From contig DROQ01000211.1 in assembly GCA_011321845.1 (NCBI GenBank), positions 21,911-85,910 on the forward strand: a stretch of DNA of 64,000 nt. Direction: 5' to 3'. Every line of letters begins with the position of its first letter. Position 1 is the first letter of the stretch. Both the position numbers and the translations under genes were made by a program. Origin of the DNA: Planctomycetota bacterium (lineage in GTDB: Bacteria; Planctomycetota; UBA1135; GCA-002748355). Positions 16,072 to 25,459 of this stretch are shown one piece after another. A model generated the notes under the pieces. The model worked only from the letters and a program-made list of their open reading frames with translations, did not search any database and had not been told where the DNA came from.

Positions 16072-17981
16072 TACCAGTCTCCAAAGACATCCGGCTCGTT
16101 TTGGGGCTTTTTGGGCCCCGTCTCCGGCTCCGGCGGAGGCGGCGGGATGTAATGCGTTTCGTCGTGGGCATCTCCCTCGCCAATGCGGGGTTTTTTCTTT
16201 TTCTTCCTGGCTCGGTCCTCGGGGACCTTTCCCTTGTCGATGGAGGTCGTGTCTCCCACGATGGATCCATAGGTCGGGATCTGGTTGGGGTCCAGCTCAA
16301 TTTCAGGAAGTGGAGGGAAGTAGCTCTTTTTTTCCTTGGAAGGCCTCTTCCTCTCCTTGCGCTTGGTGCCGCGGGCACCTTGGCCCCGGGGAGAAGAGGT
16401 CTTGGCCTTTTTGCTGCGTTCTTTGCCTCCACCTTTTTTTCGGCTTTTTCCCTCGCCGCGGTTGCCCGCTCCTTGCTTGGGGTTCTCTTCGCGCTTGGAA
16501 CCGCGTCGAGGACGCTCCGAACCTTCCTCCTCGGTTCGGCTCCCGGATCTCGCCTTGGTGGAATCTTCTTGAGAAAACCCCGCCTTTGACGGCCCGGCCT
16601 TTGACGATCCAGCCTTTGACGATCCAGCCTTTGACGACCCGGACAAGGCAGACGCGGCCTTGGAAGACCTTCCCATGGCTCCTCGGCCCTCTTCTTCCTT
16701 GGGTTTCCACTCTTCCCAGACTTCCCAGTCCACGAGGCCTGCGATCGCCCGGACTCTGAGGAGCTGGAGGGCAGGTTGAAAAGCGTCCGAAGTTTTCGGG
16801 CTGCGCCGCCGCCGTCCCTTCTTTCTCTTCTTCTTGCCTTCCTCGTCCTCTCTGGCGATGAGGCTGCCGACCTTGCCAGGTTCCCCTCCGTTCTCGAATC
16901 TTCCCTGAAGGGGGATGATCTTCTTGAGGAGGGCGACCTCCATCCGGGGTGTGTTCAAGTCCTGAAAGAGTCCGCCAATGTTCTCCTGGAGCCAGCGCCC
17001 GTATTCCACCAGTCGTTCAGGAACACCGCCTTCCTCCTTGGCCTTTTCTTCGACATGGAAGAGGATCAGCGAGGCCAGGCAGACCGAGGTGGGGAGGGGG
17101 GGGGCGCCTTTGGCCAACTCTTCCCGGTTGGCGCTGTCCAATCCCTCGAGGATCCGCCAAAAACGCATCCGTTCTTCGGGCTCGGCAGCTTCGAGGCTGC
17201 GCGAGAGGTCGGGGAGGAGGACCTTGAGCGCCCCGGAGTCCCGGAGGAGCTGGAAGGCCCGCAAAGCGAATCCACTCTTGAGAAAGCGTAGGAGTTCTTC
17301 GTAGATCCGCGGAGGCGCCCCCAGCTTGAGGTCGGGGGCGGCTTCGCACATCGCGTCCCAGGTCGTGGGCTCGATTTGGAAGGCGAGCCGCGAGGAGAAT
17401 TTGATCGCGCGGAGAATGCGGATGGGATCTTCCTTGAGGCGGATGAGGGGCTCCCCGATGGTCCGGATCAGGCCGTTCTGAAGGTCGGGGATGCCCTCGA
17501 CATAGTCGATGACCATGTCGCTCTCCGGCTCATAGAACAGCGCGTTGATCGTGAAGTCCCTGCGGTAGGCGTCCTCTTCGGCGTTTCCGAAGGCGTTGTC
17601 GCTGCGGATCAGGAGTTCGGATTCTCCCTCCTCCTCGTCCTCCTCCGAGGGCTGGGGACGCTGACGAAAGGTGGAGACTTCGAGAATCTTGCCTTCGAAG
17701 TGGAGATGGGCCAGCTTGAACCGGCGCCCAATGATCCTGCAATTCCGGAAGAGACTCTTGACCTGGCGCGGTCTGGCGGAGGTGGCGATATCAAAATCCT
17801 TGGGTACGCGGCCCAAGAGGAGATCTCTGACGCAGCCGCCCACCAGGTAGGTCTCGTGACTTTTTCTGCGGAGCCTTCGGACTACCCTGACGGCGTCTTC
17901 ATCCAGAGCCCGGGGGGGAATCCCCGTTCGCTCGTAGATGCGTGCCTCCAGTCTTGCGTCTTCCAGTTCAGTACCAACCAA
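16071..17981 (-). CDS. pcnB: Poly(A) polymerase / tRNA nucleotidyltransferase family protein with ~250-aa basic low-complexity tail
   Basis: LVGGCVRDLLLGRVPKDFDIAT and RRDFTINALFY (Pol-beta NTase head); tail has SSKAG x4 encoded by 15-nt tandem repeat 16582-16641; TTG start at 17981. Confidence 0.85.
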   Translation of the reverse strand: MVGTELEDARLEARIYERTGIPPRALDEDAVRVVRRLRRKSHETYLVGGCVRDLLLGRVPKDFDIATSARPRQVKSLFRNCRIIGRRFKLAHLHFEGKILEVSTFRQRPQPSEEDEEEGESELLIRSDNAFGNAEEDAYRRDFTINALFYEPESDMVIDYVEGIPDLQNGLIRTIGEPLIRLKEDPIRILRAIKFSSRLAFQIEPTTWDAMCEAAPDLKLGAPPRIYEELLRFLKSGFALRAFQLLRDSGALKVLLPDLSRSLEAAEPEERMRFWRILEGLDSANREELAKGAPPLPTSVCLASLILFHVEEKAKEEGGVPERLVEYGRWLQENIGGLFQDLNTPRMEVALLKKIIPLQGRFENGGEPGKVGSLIAREDEEGKKKRKKGRRRRSPKTSDAFQPALQLLRVRAIAGLVDWEVWEEWKPKEEEGRGAMGRSSKAASALSGSSKAGSSKAGSSKAGPSKAGFSQEDSTKARSGSRTEEEGSERPRRGSKREENPKQGAGNRGEGKSRKKGGGKERSKKAKTSSPRGQGARGTKRKERKRPSKEKKSYFPPLPEIELDPNQIPTYGSIVGDTTSIDKGKVPEDRARKKKKKPRIGEGDAHDETHYIPPPPPEPETGPKKPQNEPDVFGDW

Positions 17982-18120
17982 TTGCGTGCCCCCGGTGATT
18001 CCTGGGAGGAAAAAAGGCTTTTCTACCCTGTTCCCTGGGATGATTCATGAGAAAAGGCGCGAAGTTCGCGATCCTTTCCCAGAAAAGCCCCAGGCTCCCC
18101 CGGGGGGGAGGCCGGTGGGA

Positions 18121-19632
18121 TCATTTGGGGAAGTACATTTCTCCCGTGTCGATGGACTTGGAGCCTTGACCCGTTCCTCCCCCGACGACCATGATCTGGC
18201 CTTCGCGCAGGGAGAGGGCGGGGGCGCCCGCACGGCTGATGCCAAGGGAGGTTGCGGGGCCGAAGCGGGCGGTGGCGGGATCGAAGACCTCGCAGCGCGC
18301 GGTCGCCGTTGGCTTGTCCAGGGTGCCCTGGGCCCCTCCGATCACGAGGATCTTGCCCCCCGCGAGGCGGGCGAGGCTGGGAAGGGTGCGCGCGACGGCC
18401 ATGCTCCCGACCCGGGTCCAGCGCCCGGTGGTGGGATCGAAGCGTGCCGCGTCCTTGATTGGTTTGGCGTCGGTGATCAGGAGACTGGAGCGTGCTCCCC
18501 CTGCCACAAGGATCCGTCCGCTTTTGAGCCTGATCTGGCTGTGGGCGGCCGTAGTGAAGGGAAGGGAACTGGCCCCGGAGAACCGGTTGGTTTTGGGGTC
18601 GAAGATCTCGCAACGGCTGGTCATTCCGGGGAGGCGGAAGAAGCCGTTGAGGCTGATGCCCCCCGCGATCAGGATCTTGCCGTTAGGAAGAAGGGAGGCG
18701 GTGTGGGCGATGCGCTCCCGGCTCATGTTGGGGCCGGCCGAAAAACGCCCCGTCTTGGGGTCGTAGATCTCGGTGGATTTCTTCATCGAGCCCACGGCTT
18801 TGAGGGCGCTGGAGATGTCCGAGAGGCCGCCTGTGATCAGCACCCGGCCGTCGGGGAGGAGGCTCGCGGTGTGGCCCGCCCGCGGGACGGAAAGGGAACC
18901 GGTGGGGCTGAACTTGTTCGTCTTGGGGTCATAGAGTTCGCAGGTCTTGAGGACGCCCGCGCTGTTTGCGCCACCCACTACGAGGATCTTGCCGTTCTTG
19001 AGGGCTGTCGCTGTCAGGAGGCCGCGGGCGCTGGCCATGTTGGGGCCGGGGCGCCAGGTCTGACGAGCGGGATCGTAGATCTCGGTGGAGGAGAGGCCCG
19101 AGCCGTTGAGGAGGCTCCCGGATCCTCCGCCGATGAGGATGACGGATCCCCCGGGGAGGGGAGCCATGGCGGGCATGGCCCGCGAAACTTTGAGGAGCTT
19201 GCCTCGCTGGACCCAGGTCCCTCCGGTCCCCAAGGTGGAGACGATGTCATTGGAGAGCAGGCCCGCCAGGTAGACCTTGCCCGGGATCGTGAAGGCCTGG
19301 AAGTGGATGCGTTTGCTGGCGAGGCTGGTGTCGTTGGGGAGGGGGAGGCTGAGGGTTGTCGTCCCGGGACCGAGGACGACCAATTGGTAGAGGGAAATGA
19401 GATCCAGGCCGACCGACAGGCTGCGGGGATCTTTGCCGTCAAAGAGCTTCAAGGGGGTTGGACCTGCGTTGAGGGAGGGAAGCAGGATCGCGGCCTTACC
19501 GGCCGGTCCTTGCAGCTCCAGACGAAGGGCTTTGCCAAGGGTGCCGCCCGTCTTTCCGAGGACAAAGGTTTGAGCTCCCGCGGAGGCGCAGAGGAGGCTC
19601 GCAATCAGGGCATAGCGGTGGAGAGGGATCAT
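18121..19632 (-). CDS. Secreted Kelch-repeat beta-propeller protein
   Basis: Signal peptide MIPLHRYALIASLLCASAGAQ; 6-7 blades each with GG..x..(E/C)(I/L/V)(Y/F)DP.T..(W/F) e.g. STEIYDPARQTW, TCELYDPKTNKF. Confidence 0.85.
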   Translation of the reverse strand: MIPLHRYALIASLLCASAGAQTFVLGKTGGTLGKALRLELQGPAGKAAILLPSLNAGPTPLKLFDGKDPRSLSVGLDLISLYQLVVLGPGTTTLSLPLPNDTSLASKRIHFQAFTIPGKVYLAGLLSNDIVSTLGTGGTWVQRGKLLKVSRAMPAMAPLPGGSVILIGGGSGSLLNGSGLSSTEIYDPARQTWRPGPNMASARGLLTATALKNGKILVVGGANSAGVLKTCELYDPKTNKFSPTGSLSVPRAGHTASLLPDGRVLITGGLSDISSALKAVGSMKKSTEIYDPKTGRFSAGPNMSRERIAHTASLLPNGKILIAGGISLNGFFRLPGMTSRCEIFDPKTNRFSGASSLPFTTAAHSQIRLKSGRILVAGGARSSLLITDAKPIKDAARFDPTTGRWTRVGSMAVARTLPSLARLAGGKILVIGGAQGTLDKPTATARCEVFDPATARFGPATSLGISRAGAPALSLREGQIMVVGGGTGQGSKSIDTGEMYFPK

Positions 19633-19815
19633 GTTGGAATCCTGGTTTAGGGATGAAGGAGAAAAGGAGAAACGCGTGAGCGCGTCATCTTCTAGATCTG
19701 AAAAGATTCCTCGATTTTCTCTTTTTCCTTAGGGGAGTCAAGGAGGAGGATGGGTGTCGCATTCGCGGGAACTGGGGCTACAATCCCAGGCAAACATCCT
19801 CCAGGCAGGGTTGCG

Positions 19816-20847
19816 ATGAGCAAGAAGAAAGAAAAGAAGGCCCAGAGAAAGACAGGCTCCGAGCGGAAACCCGAGGGAATCCTGGGTTTTGAGCGGCCCA
19901 TCCTGGAGATGGAGAACAAGATCCAGGAGTTGAAAACCCTCGCGCAATCCACCCACCTCAACCTGAACGGTGAAGTCACCGCTCTCGAGGAGAGGCTCCG
20001 CAAAGTGACCTCCCAGGTCTACGAGCGGCTCACCCCTTGGGAGCGGGTCAATGTCGCCAGGCATCCCGATCGGCCGGTGACTTCCGATTACATCGCGAAG
20101 ATGTTGGACGATTTTGTCGAATTGCATGGCGACCGTCTCTTCGCCGATGATCCGGCCATCGTGACGGGTCTTGCGACGATGGAGGGGCGGCGCTTCCTCC
20201 TGGTCGGCCACCGCAAGGGCAAAACGGTCAAGGAGAGGCTTCTCTGCAATTTCGGCTGCGCCCACCCCGAGGGCTACCGGAAGGCGATGGAAAAGATGCG
20301 GCTGGCCGAGAGGCTCGGCCTCCCCATCGTCACCTTGATCAATACCCCTGGCGCCTATCCAGGGATCGGGGCCGAGGAGCGCGGCCAGGCCCGGGCCATC
20401 GCCTACAACATTCGTGAGATGTTCGGCCTCAAGGTCCCCATCCTGGCCCTGGTCATCGGGGAGGGGGGCTCGGGGGGAGCTCTGGGGATCGGGGTGGGAG
20501 ACCGGGTTGGCATCCTGCAGTACGCTTACTATTCGGTGATCTCCCCGGAAGGCTGCGCAGCCATTCTATGGAAGTCCGGGGACAAGGCCCCCGAGGCGGC
20601 CGAAGCTCTCAAACTCACCGCTCCGGACCTGGTCGAGCTGGGGATCGTGGACGACGTGGTGCAAGAACCCCTTGGGGGAGCCCATCGGGACCCCGCCCTG
20701 ACGATTTCCCATGTCAAGGAGTGGATTCTGACCCACTTGGATCGCCTCAGCCGGCTTTCGACCGAGGAGCTCTTGGAGGGGCGTTACCGGAAGTTCCGGA
20801 ACATGGGCGAGGTCCGGATCCAGGAGCCCGCGGCTTCGGGTGAGTGA
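19816..20847 (+). CDS. accA: Acetyl-CoA carboxylase carboxyltransferase alpha subunit
   Basis: FERPILEMENKIQEL, FADDPAIVTGLATMEGRRFLLVGHRKG, GAYPGIGAEERGQA; ATG 19816. Confidence 0.93.
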   Translation: MSKKKEKKAQRKTGSERKPEGILGFERPILEMENKIQELKTLAQSTHLNLNGEVTALEERLRKVTSQVYERLTPWERVNVARHPDRPVTSDYIAKMLDDFVELHGDRLFADDPAIVTGLATMEGRRFLLVGHRKGKTVKERLLCNFGCAHPEGYRKAMEKMRLAERLGLPIVTLINTPGAYPGIGAEERGQARAIAYNIREMFGLKVPILALVIGEGGSGGALGIGVGDRVGILQYAYYSVISPEGCAAILWKSGDKAPEAAEALKLTAPDLVELGIVDDVVQEPLGGAHRDPALTISHVKEWILTHLDRLSRLSTEELLEGRYRKFRNMGEVRIQEPAASGE

Positions 20848-21065
20848 TCTATTTTCCTATCTCCTGTCTTTTTCCACCTTTTCTCTCATTCCATCCGCCT
20901 TTGCCGTAGATCAGAGCCTCCATATTCGGGCCCCCCTTTGTCGAAGGAGGCCTAGTCGGGTCCTGGCCGTGGGCGTTCGAGATCTCGAAGAATCCTGACC
21001 TCGAAATCCAGGCTGGCAAATGCTAAGGATTCGGAAAGAGCTTCCGGCTCGATCCCAGCGAAAGA

Positions 21066-21737
21066 ATGAGCGCAGAAAAAAAACAAGCTCCGAGCGTTTC
21101 CCGCTTCTACCAGGCCATGAAGGCCTCGGGGGAAGAGTACGGGAAAAACAGCCCTTCTCCGGATGTGGGGGACAACGACTTGATCCAGGGGGCGTTGGAT
21201 GGGGACTTGGATTCTTTTGCAGGCTTGATGCAGCGGTATGAGAGGCGGGCCTTTTGGTGCGCTTTTCACGTATTGGGGGAGGTTGAGGAGGCGCGGGATG
21301 TGGTGCAGGATGCCTTCCTCAGAGTGCATCGGAGTCTGGAGCGCTTTGATTTCGATCGCAATTTTTATACCTGGCTCTATCGCATCGTGACCAATCTCTC
21401 GATCGACCGTCTCCGCAAGCGGAAGAACGAGGTGACCCTGACGATTGACGATGAGCGGGCCGCGGTGGTCCCGGACCCCACAGTTCTGGGTTCGACACCC
21501 GAGGAGCAGATGGTGTGCCGGGAACGGTCCTGGAAAGTGCGCAAGGTTCTGGACAGCCTCCCTGCGGCCTTTCGGACGGTGATGGCGCTCCGGGATCTTC
21601 ATGGACTTTCCTGCCGAGAGATCGGCCCCATCCTGGATTTGACCTATGCGACGGTCCGTTGGAGGTTGCACAAGGCCAGGCGCTTGTTCCGCGATGCCTG
21701 GGAGCGGGCTGAAATGGAGGGAGGGGAATCCCAATGA
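21066..21737 (+). CDS. ECF-type RNA polymerase sigma factor
   Basis: Region 2 DVVQDAFLRVHRSLERFD..FYTWLYRIVTN and region 4 LRDLHGLSCREIGPILDLTYATVRWRLHKAR. Confidence 0.9.
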   Translation: MSAEKKQAPSVSRFYQAMKASGEEYGKNSPSPDVGDNDLIQGALDGDLDSFAGLMQRYERRAFWCAFHVLGEVEEARDVVQDAFLRVHRSLERFDFDRNFYTWLYRIVTNLSIDRLRKRKNEVTLTIDDERAAVVPDPTVLGSTPEEQMVCRERSWKVRKVLDSLPAAFRTVMALRDLHGLSCREIGPILDLTYATVRWRLHKARRLFRDAWERAEMEGGESQ

Positions 21738-22510
21738 ATAGGTGGGCAGCAATGAAAAAGAATGAAAGGCTGAGCTGTAAACTCGTGCAGGACTTGATGC
21801 CTGACGCCCTGGGAGGGGATCTGGACCCCAACTCCGTCGCCTCCCTGCGACTCCATGTTGAAGGTTGCCACGAGTGCGCTCGGGAATGGCGGTCCTGGGA
21901 ACGCATCCAGGGGGAACTCAAAACTCTGGCTGAAAGCGTAGAGCTTCCGGATGCCTTCTTCGAGGACCTCCGAGAGGGGGTCCTGAGCCAGATTCGCGCC
22001 CAAGACGAGGGGGTGGCCCAGGAGCGCCAACTCCAGGAGATCCACGGCAAGGCGCTCCCCCTTTCCCTCTTCGCACCCCAGAGGCTCAAACCCCTCCTGC
22101 TGCGGGGGAGTCTCCTGGCCGCGACTCTTTTGATTGGATTCTTCCTTGGACGGGATTTTGGCGCTTCCCCGGGTGGATCCTCGGGAGACGAAGGGGACGG
22201 CTTCCGCACGACCCGGGCCGTTTCGGTGCAGCAGCCCACTGGGCTCTCCCCCTCCGAACTCAAGAGCATCAAAAACGCCGGCGGGTTGGATCCTGTCTCG
22301 GCCGAACGCCTCAAAGAACTCGCACAGGACCCTCAATTCGCGGTGCGACTCCGCATGCTCTTCCAGGAGATGGAGACCCAGCTCTCAAGCGGGAGCCCCG
22401 GGATTCGGACTGCCTCCTTCCAGGATGAAGAAGAGAGCAGCCCAGGGGGACTGGGGCTTGGAGTTCCCGCTTCCCCGATCCTCACCAAGGTGGGAAAGAC
22501 GGATTTCTAG
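21734..22510 (+). CDS. Single-pass anti-sigma factor (zf-HC2)
   Basis: ATGA-coupled to sigma gene; HVEGCHECAREW zinc-finger motif; TM LLLRGSLLAATLLIGFFLG. Confidence 0.8.
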   Translation: MNRWAAMKKNERLSCKLVQDLMPDALGGDLDPNSVASLRLHVEGCHECAREWRSWERIQGELKTLAESVELPDAFFEDLREGVLSQIRAQDEGVAQERQLQEIHGKALPLSLFAPQRLKPLLLRGSLLAATLLIGFFLGRDFGASPGGSSGDEGDGFRTTRAVSVQQPTGLSPSELKSIKNAGGLDPVSAERLKELAQDPQFAVRLRMLFQEMETQLSSGSPGIRTASFQDEEESSPGGLGLGVPASPILTKVGKTDF

Positions 22511-23827
22511 ATGTCCTGGTTCTTGGGGGATTCTCTTTTGTCTTTGGCGCGACCCTTTCGGGGGGGGCTGTTCGTGGCGCTCGGCCTGGCGGGCCTTGTT
22601 TCCGCGCAATCCCTGGGAGGCCTCCCTCCCCAAGGGAAGGGGGAGGGCGAGCACAAGGCGAGTCGCCTCTCCACCCCCATCCTCAGGGCTCTTTCCGTCG
22701 AGGTGGAGCAGCTCAAGCGCTCCGTCGATTACCAGGCCGGGATGTGGCTCTATTCGGGGAAGGGGAGGTTTTTTCATCATGGCATTCACCTTGGGCATGG
22801 TTTGATCGCCGCTCCGTATTCGGAGGAGTTGAAACCGGGGGACTGTGGGTTTGCCTACTTCAAGCGTGGCAAATACCGCGTCCTGCACATTGGGAGCGAT
22901 CGCCCCTTTGTGAGTTTTTTCCGGCTCCCGGATCGGGTGGCGCTGGATCGTCTGCCGATTCCCAAGTTGCCGACTCCCCTGGGAAAGGGGGAGGAGCCCG
23001 GAAACCTTGTGGTTCTGGTGGGTCCCTTGGGGGAAACCCGCCTCAGCTTCCTTCCCCACCTCCCGAGGTTCGGGATGTCTCGTCGGGGAAGCCGGCCTTC
23101 GGGGAAGGGAGTTTCCCGGGTGAGCAGGCGCCGCTCTCCTTTTGGGTTTTTCGGGTTCATTCTGCCGGGAGAATCCGTTCCTGGAGGGTCGGTTGCTTTG
23201 AATCCCAAGGGGGAATTCCTCGGGATGGCCGTTCGAGGCCCTGAGCGACGGAGGGGCATCAATCCCCGCAAACGTCTGAGGGGCCCCTCCGGGCTCGACC
23301 CCACCCAGCATGGCCCCAACCAGCCTGTCCCGAACAGGCATGGCCCCAAACCCGGTTCCGCCTCGGCCCGGGACTCTTCCTCCAAGGAGCAGAGAACCCG
23401 TCCCTCCTCCGCTCCGGGACCCAAGCTCCGCCCAAGGGCCTCCAGGCGGGGGGATCGGAGGGACTCCGCTTGGGGCGCCTATTCGGTCGTGCTCTCCCAG
23501 CGCATTCTCATGGGGAGGGCCGAGCGCTGGTCCCAAAAAACCAAAGATCTTCTCCCTAACCGAATCCTCCTGGGGATCTCCCTGGATTGGCGACGGGCGA
23601 AAAAAGACCAGGGGGCTGGGATCGTTGTTACGGGACTTTTCCCTGGGGCACCCGCGAGCCAGGCCGGAATCCAAGTGGGGGATCGCCTCCTCCGTTTTGG
23701 ATCCAAGACCATCCAGAGCCGCAAGGATCTGCAGGAAGCCCTTGCGAACCATAAGGTCGGGGAGGTCGTCCCTGTCCTTCTCCGCCGGGGAAAAAGGGAG
23801 CTGCCGGTTCAGATCCATTTGAACTGA
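22511..23827 (+). CDS. Exported PDZ-domain protein with a possible divergent trypsin/HtrA-like N-terminal region and long basic linker
   Basis: Starts 1 nt after anti-sigma stop; signal/TM LFVALGLAGLVSAQS; ILPGESVPGGSVALNPKGEFLGMAV loosely resembles the GNSGGP..G..IGI block; clear C-terminal PDZ (GIVVTGLFPGAPASQAGIQVGDRLL). Confidence 0.65.
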   Translation: MSWFLGDSLLSLARPFRGGLFVALGLAGLVSAQSLGGLPPQGKGEGEHKASRLSTPILRALSVEVEQLKRSVDYQAGMWLYSGKGRFFHHGIHLGHGLIAAPYSEELKPGDCGFAYFKRGKYRVLHIGSDRPFVSFFRLPDRVALDRLPIPKLPTPLGKGEEPGNLVVLVGPLGETRLSFLPHLPRFGMSRRGSRPSGKGVSRVSRRRSPFGFFGFILPGESVPGGSVALNPKGEFLGMAVRGPERRRGINPRKRLRGPSGLDPTQHGPNQPVPNRHGPKPGSASARDSSSKEQRTRPSSAPGPKLRPRASRRGDRRDSAWGAYSVVLSQRILMGRAERWSQKTKDLLPNRILLGISLDWRRAKKDQGAGIVVTGLFPGAPASQAGIQVGDRLLRFGSKTIQSRKDLQEALANHKVGEVVPVLLRRGKRELPVQIHLN

Positions 23828-24059
23828 GCAACCAGAGCCGGGAAGCAGGCTGGGCCCTTGCCGGAGCCTGCCTTCCAGGGGGCGGGAATCCTTGAAATTC
23901 CCTGGGAGTTTTTCTTGGGAATCTTCGCATTCGTGCCCGATAGGGGGGACGAAAAAACGGGCTCTCGGCCCGGAATGGGTTTCCCCAATCCCGAGGATCC
24001 GCTCGATTTCGAGACCATGGACCCTTCGGGGCGGCCAAGGAAAAGCAAGGAGACGGACG

Positions 24060-25262
24060 ATGGAACATCCAAGGAGAGGGCGGTTTCTACTTCCCACGCG
24101 GATTACGACCCTGACAGGAGCCTTGCTCCTCGTCGCGGGACTCCCAGCCCAAGGGCGAATGGAAAAAGACCTGGACCCTCTGCAGGTTTTCGAGCAGGAG
24201 CCATCCAAGCTTCAGGACCGTATCGAGCAGAGGATGAAGGACCTGGAGAGGAAGATCGAATCTCTCAAGAAGCGCCTGGAGAAGGAGCGCATTCGAGCGA
24301 GAGGTGCCCAGGGGCCCAGGGGAAAGGTGATCGAGCGTTCCTCTGTCTCCGAGATCCAGATGCGCATGGGGAAGGATGGAGTGAGGGTCGAGATCAAGGA
24401 GAAGGGCCCCGACGGCAAAATGAAAAAGAGGGTCTATGAGGACAAGGACCTCCAGAGTCTTTTGCGCGCCCATCCCGAACTCAGGAAGAAAATTTCCGTG
24501 GGGGGAGGCTTGGGTTTGCCGGGGCTCCCGAAAATGGATTTCGACTTCGATTTCGATTTCGATTTCGGGGGCCATGGCTTTCCCAAGCTCAAGGGGCTTC
24601 CCATGCAACCTGAGCACCTACGTGAACTGATGGAGGAGATGCGCCGGATGTTCGGCAAGGACTTCCCCTTTCCCTTCGAGCCTTTCCCGCAGGGGGGAAT
24701 GGCCCCACGTCCTCCAAAAGCTCCCTCTCGGGGCAAGGATCCCGTTCGGATTATCAAGGGGCAAGATGGCGTCCGTGTCGAGCTGAGGACGCCCAACGGA
24801 AGCCGGGTCTTTGAGGGGAAGAGCCTGGAAGAGCTCCTCCGGAAGCATCCCGAACTGAAGGGAGTGGTCAAGAAAGGGAAAGCTTTGCGTGGCAAGCTCG
24901 AGCCTGAGTTCAGGGGAGGAAGGGTCGGAACTCTCCGTCCTGTTCCCCCGAGGCATGAGGTTCCCCGGGATGATGGACCCAAGCTGGGAATCTATCTCAA
25001 GGAAGGGGCAATTGGTCCGGCTTTGCGTGAGTATCTGGATCTGCCCGAAGGAGCTGGGCTCTGGGTGCAGCGGGTTGTGCCTGGAAGTCTTGCTGAGAGA
25101 TTGGGGATGCGGGAGAAGGACATCCTGGTGCGGTTGAATGGCCAACTGATCAAGGGGCCGGGGGATGTTGCAAGGGTTCTCAGGGAGTTGGAAGATGACG
25201 CCCCGGTCAAGGCTGAAGTGGTCCGGCGGGGGCGGGAAGTTGTGTTGAAGGGTAGAAGGTGA
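24060..25262 (+). CDS. Secreted PDZ-domain protein with coiled-coil, (DF)5 repeat and duplicated ~35-aa module
   Basis: ATG 24060 gives signal LTGALLLVAGLPAQG; DGVRVEIKEKG..LQSLLRAHPELRKK and DGVRVELRTPNG..LEELLRKHPELKG duplication; C-terminal PDZ (GLWVQRVVPGSLAERLGMREKDILV). Confidence 0.65.
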   Translation: MEHPRRGRFLLPTRITTLTGALLLVAGLPAQGRMEKDLDPLQVFEQEPSKLQDRIEQRMKDLERKIESLKKRLEKERIRARGAQGPRGKVIERSSVSEIQMRMGKDGVRVEIKEKGPDGKMKKRVYEDKDLQSLLRAHPELRKKISVGGGLGLPGLPKMDFDFDFDFDFGGHGFPKLKGLPMQPEHLRELMEEMRRMFGKDFPFPFEPFPQGGMAPRPPKAPSRGKDPVRIIKGQDGVRVELRTPNGSRVFEGKSLEELLRKHPELKGVVKKGKALRGKLEPEFRGGRVGTLRPVPPRHEVPRDDGPKLGIYLKEGAIGPALREYLDLPEGAGLWVQRVVPGSLAERLGMREKDILVRLNGQLIKGPGDVARVLRELEDDAPVKAEVVRRGREVVLKGRR

Positions 25263-25270
25263 GGGGGAGG

Positions 25271-25374
25271 GGAAACGCCTGGAGGCGTTTCCTGCCGGCG
25301 TTTTCTGCTTGAAACGCCTGGAGGCGTTTCCCACCGGCGTTTTCTACCGGCGTTCCCTGCCGGCGTTTTCTACG
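25271..25374. repeat. Tandem palindromic hairpin array, locus 2
   Basis: Two perfect GGAAACGCCTGGAGGCGTTTCC hairpins interleaved with 13-nt half units GGCGTTTTCTRCY; starts 9 nt after stop at 25262. Confidence 0.95.
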
Positions 25375-25459
25375 GGGATTCGGGTGGAAGAAGGGGCTTG
25401 GACAGGGAGGGGGAATCCTTCAAGATGCCGAGCATTCTCCTTGGTTTGCGAGGCTGGGA

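Noticed and set aside
22385-24208. 607-aa ORF on minus strand
   Set aside because: It is antisense to the PDZ-protein genes, has no motifs, and has the low-complexity composition of a shadow ORF.
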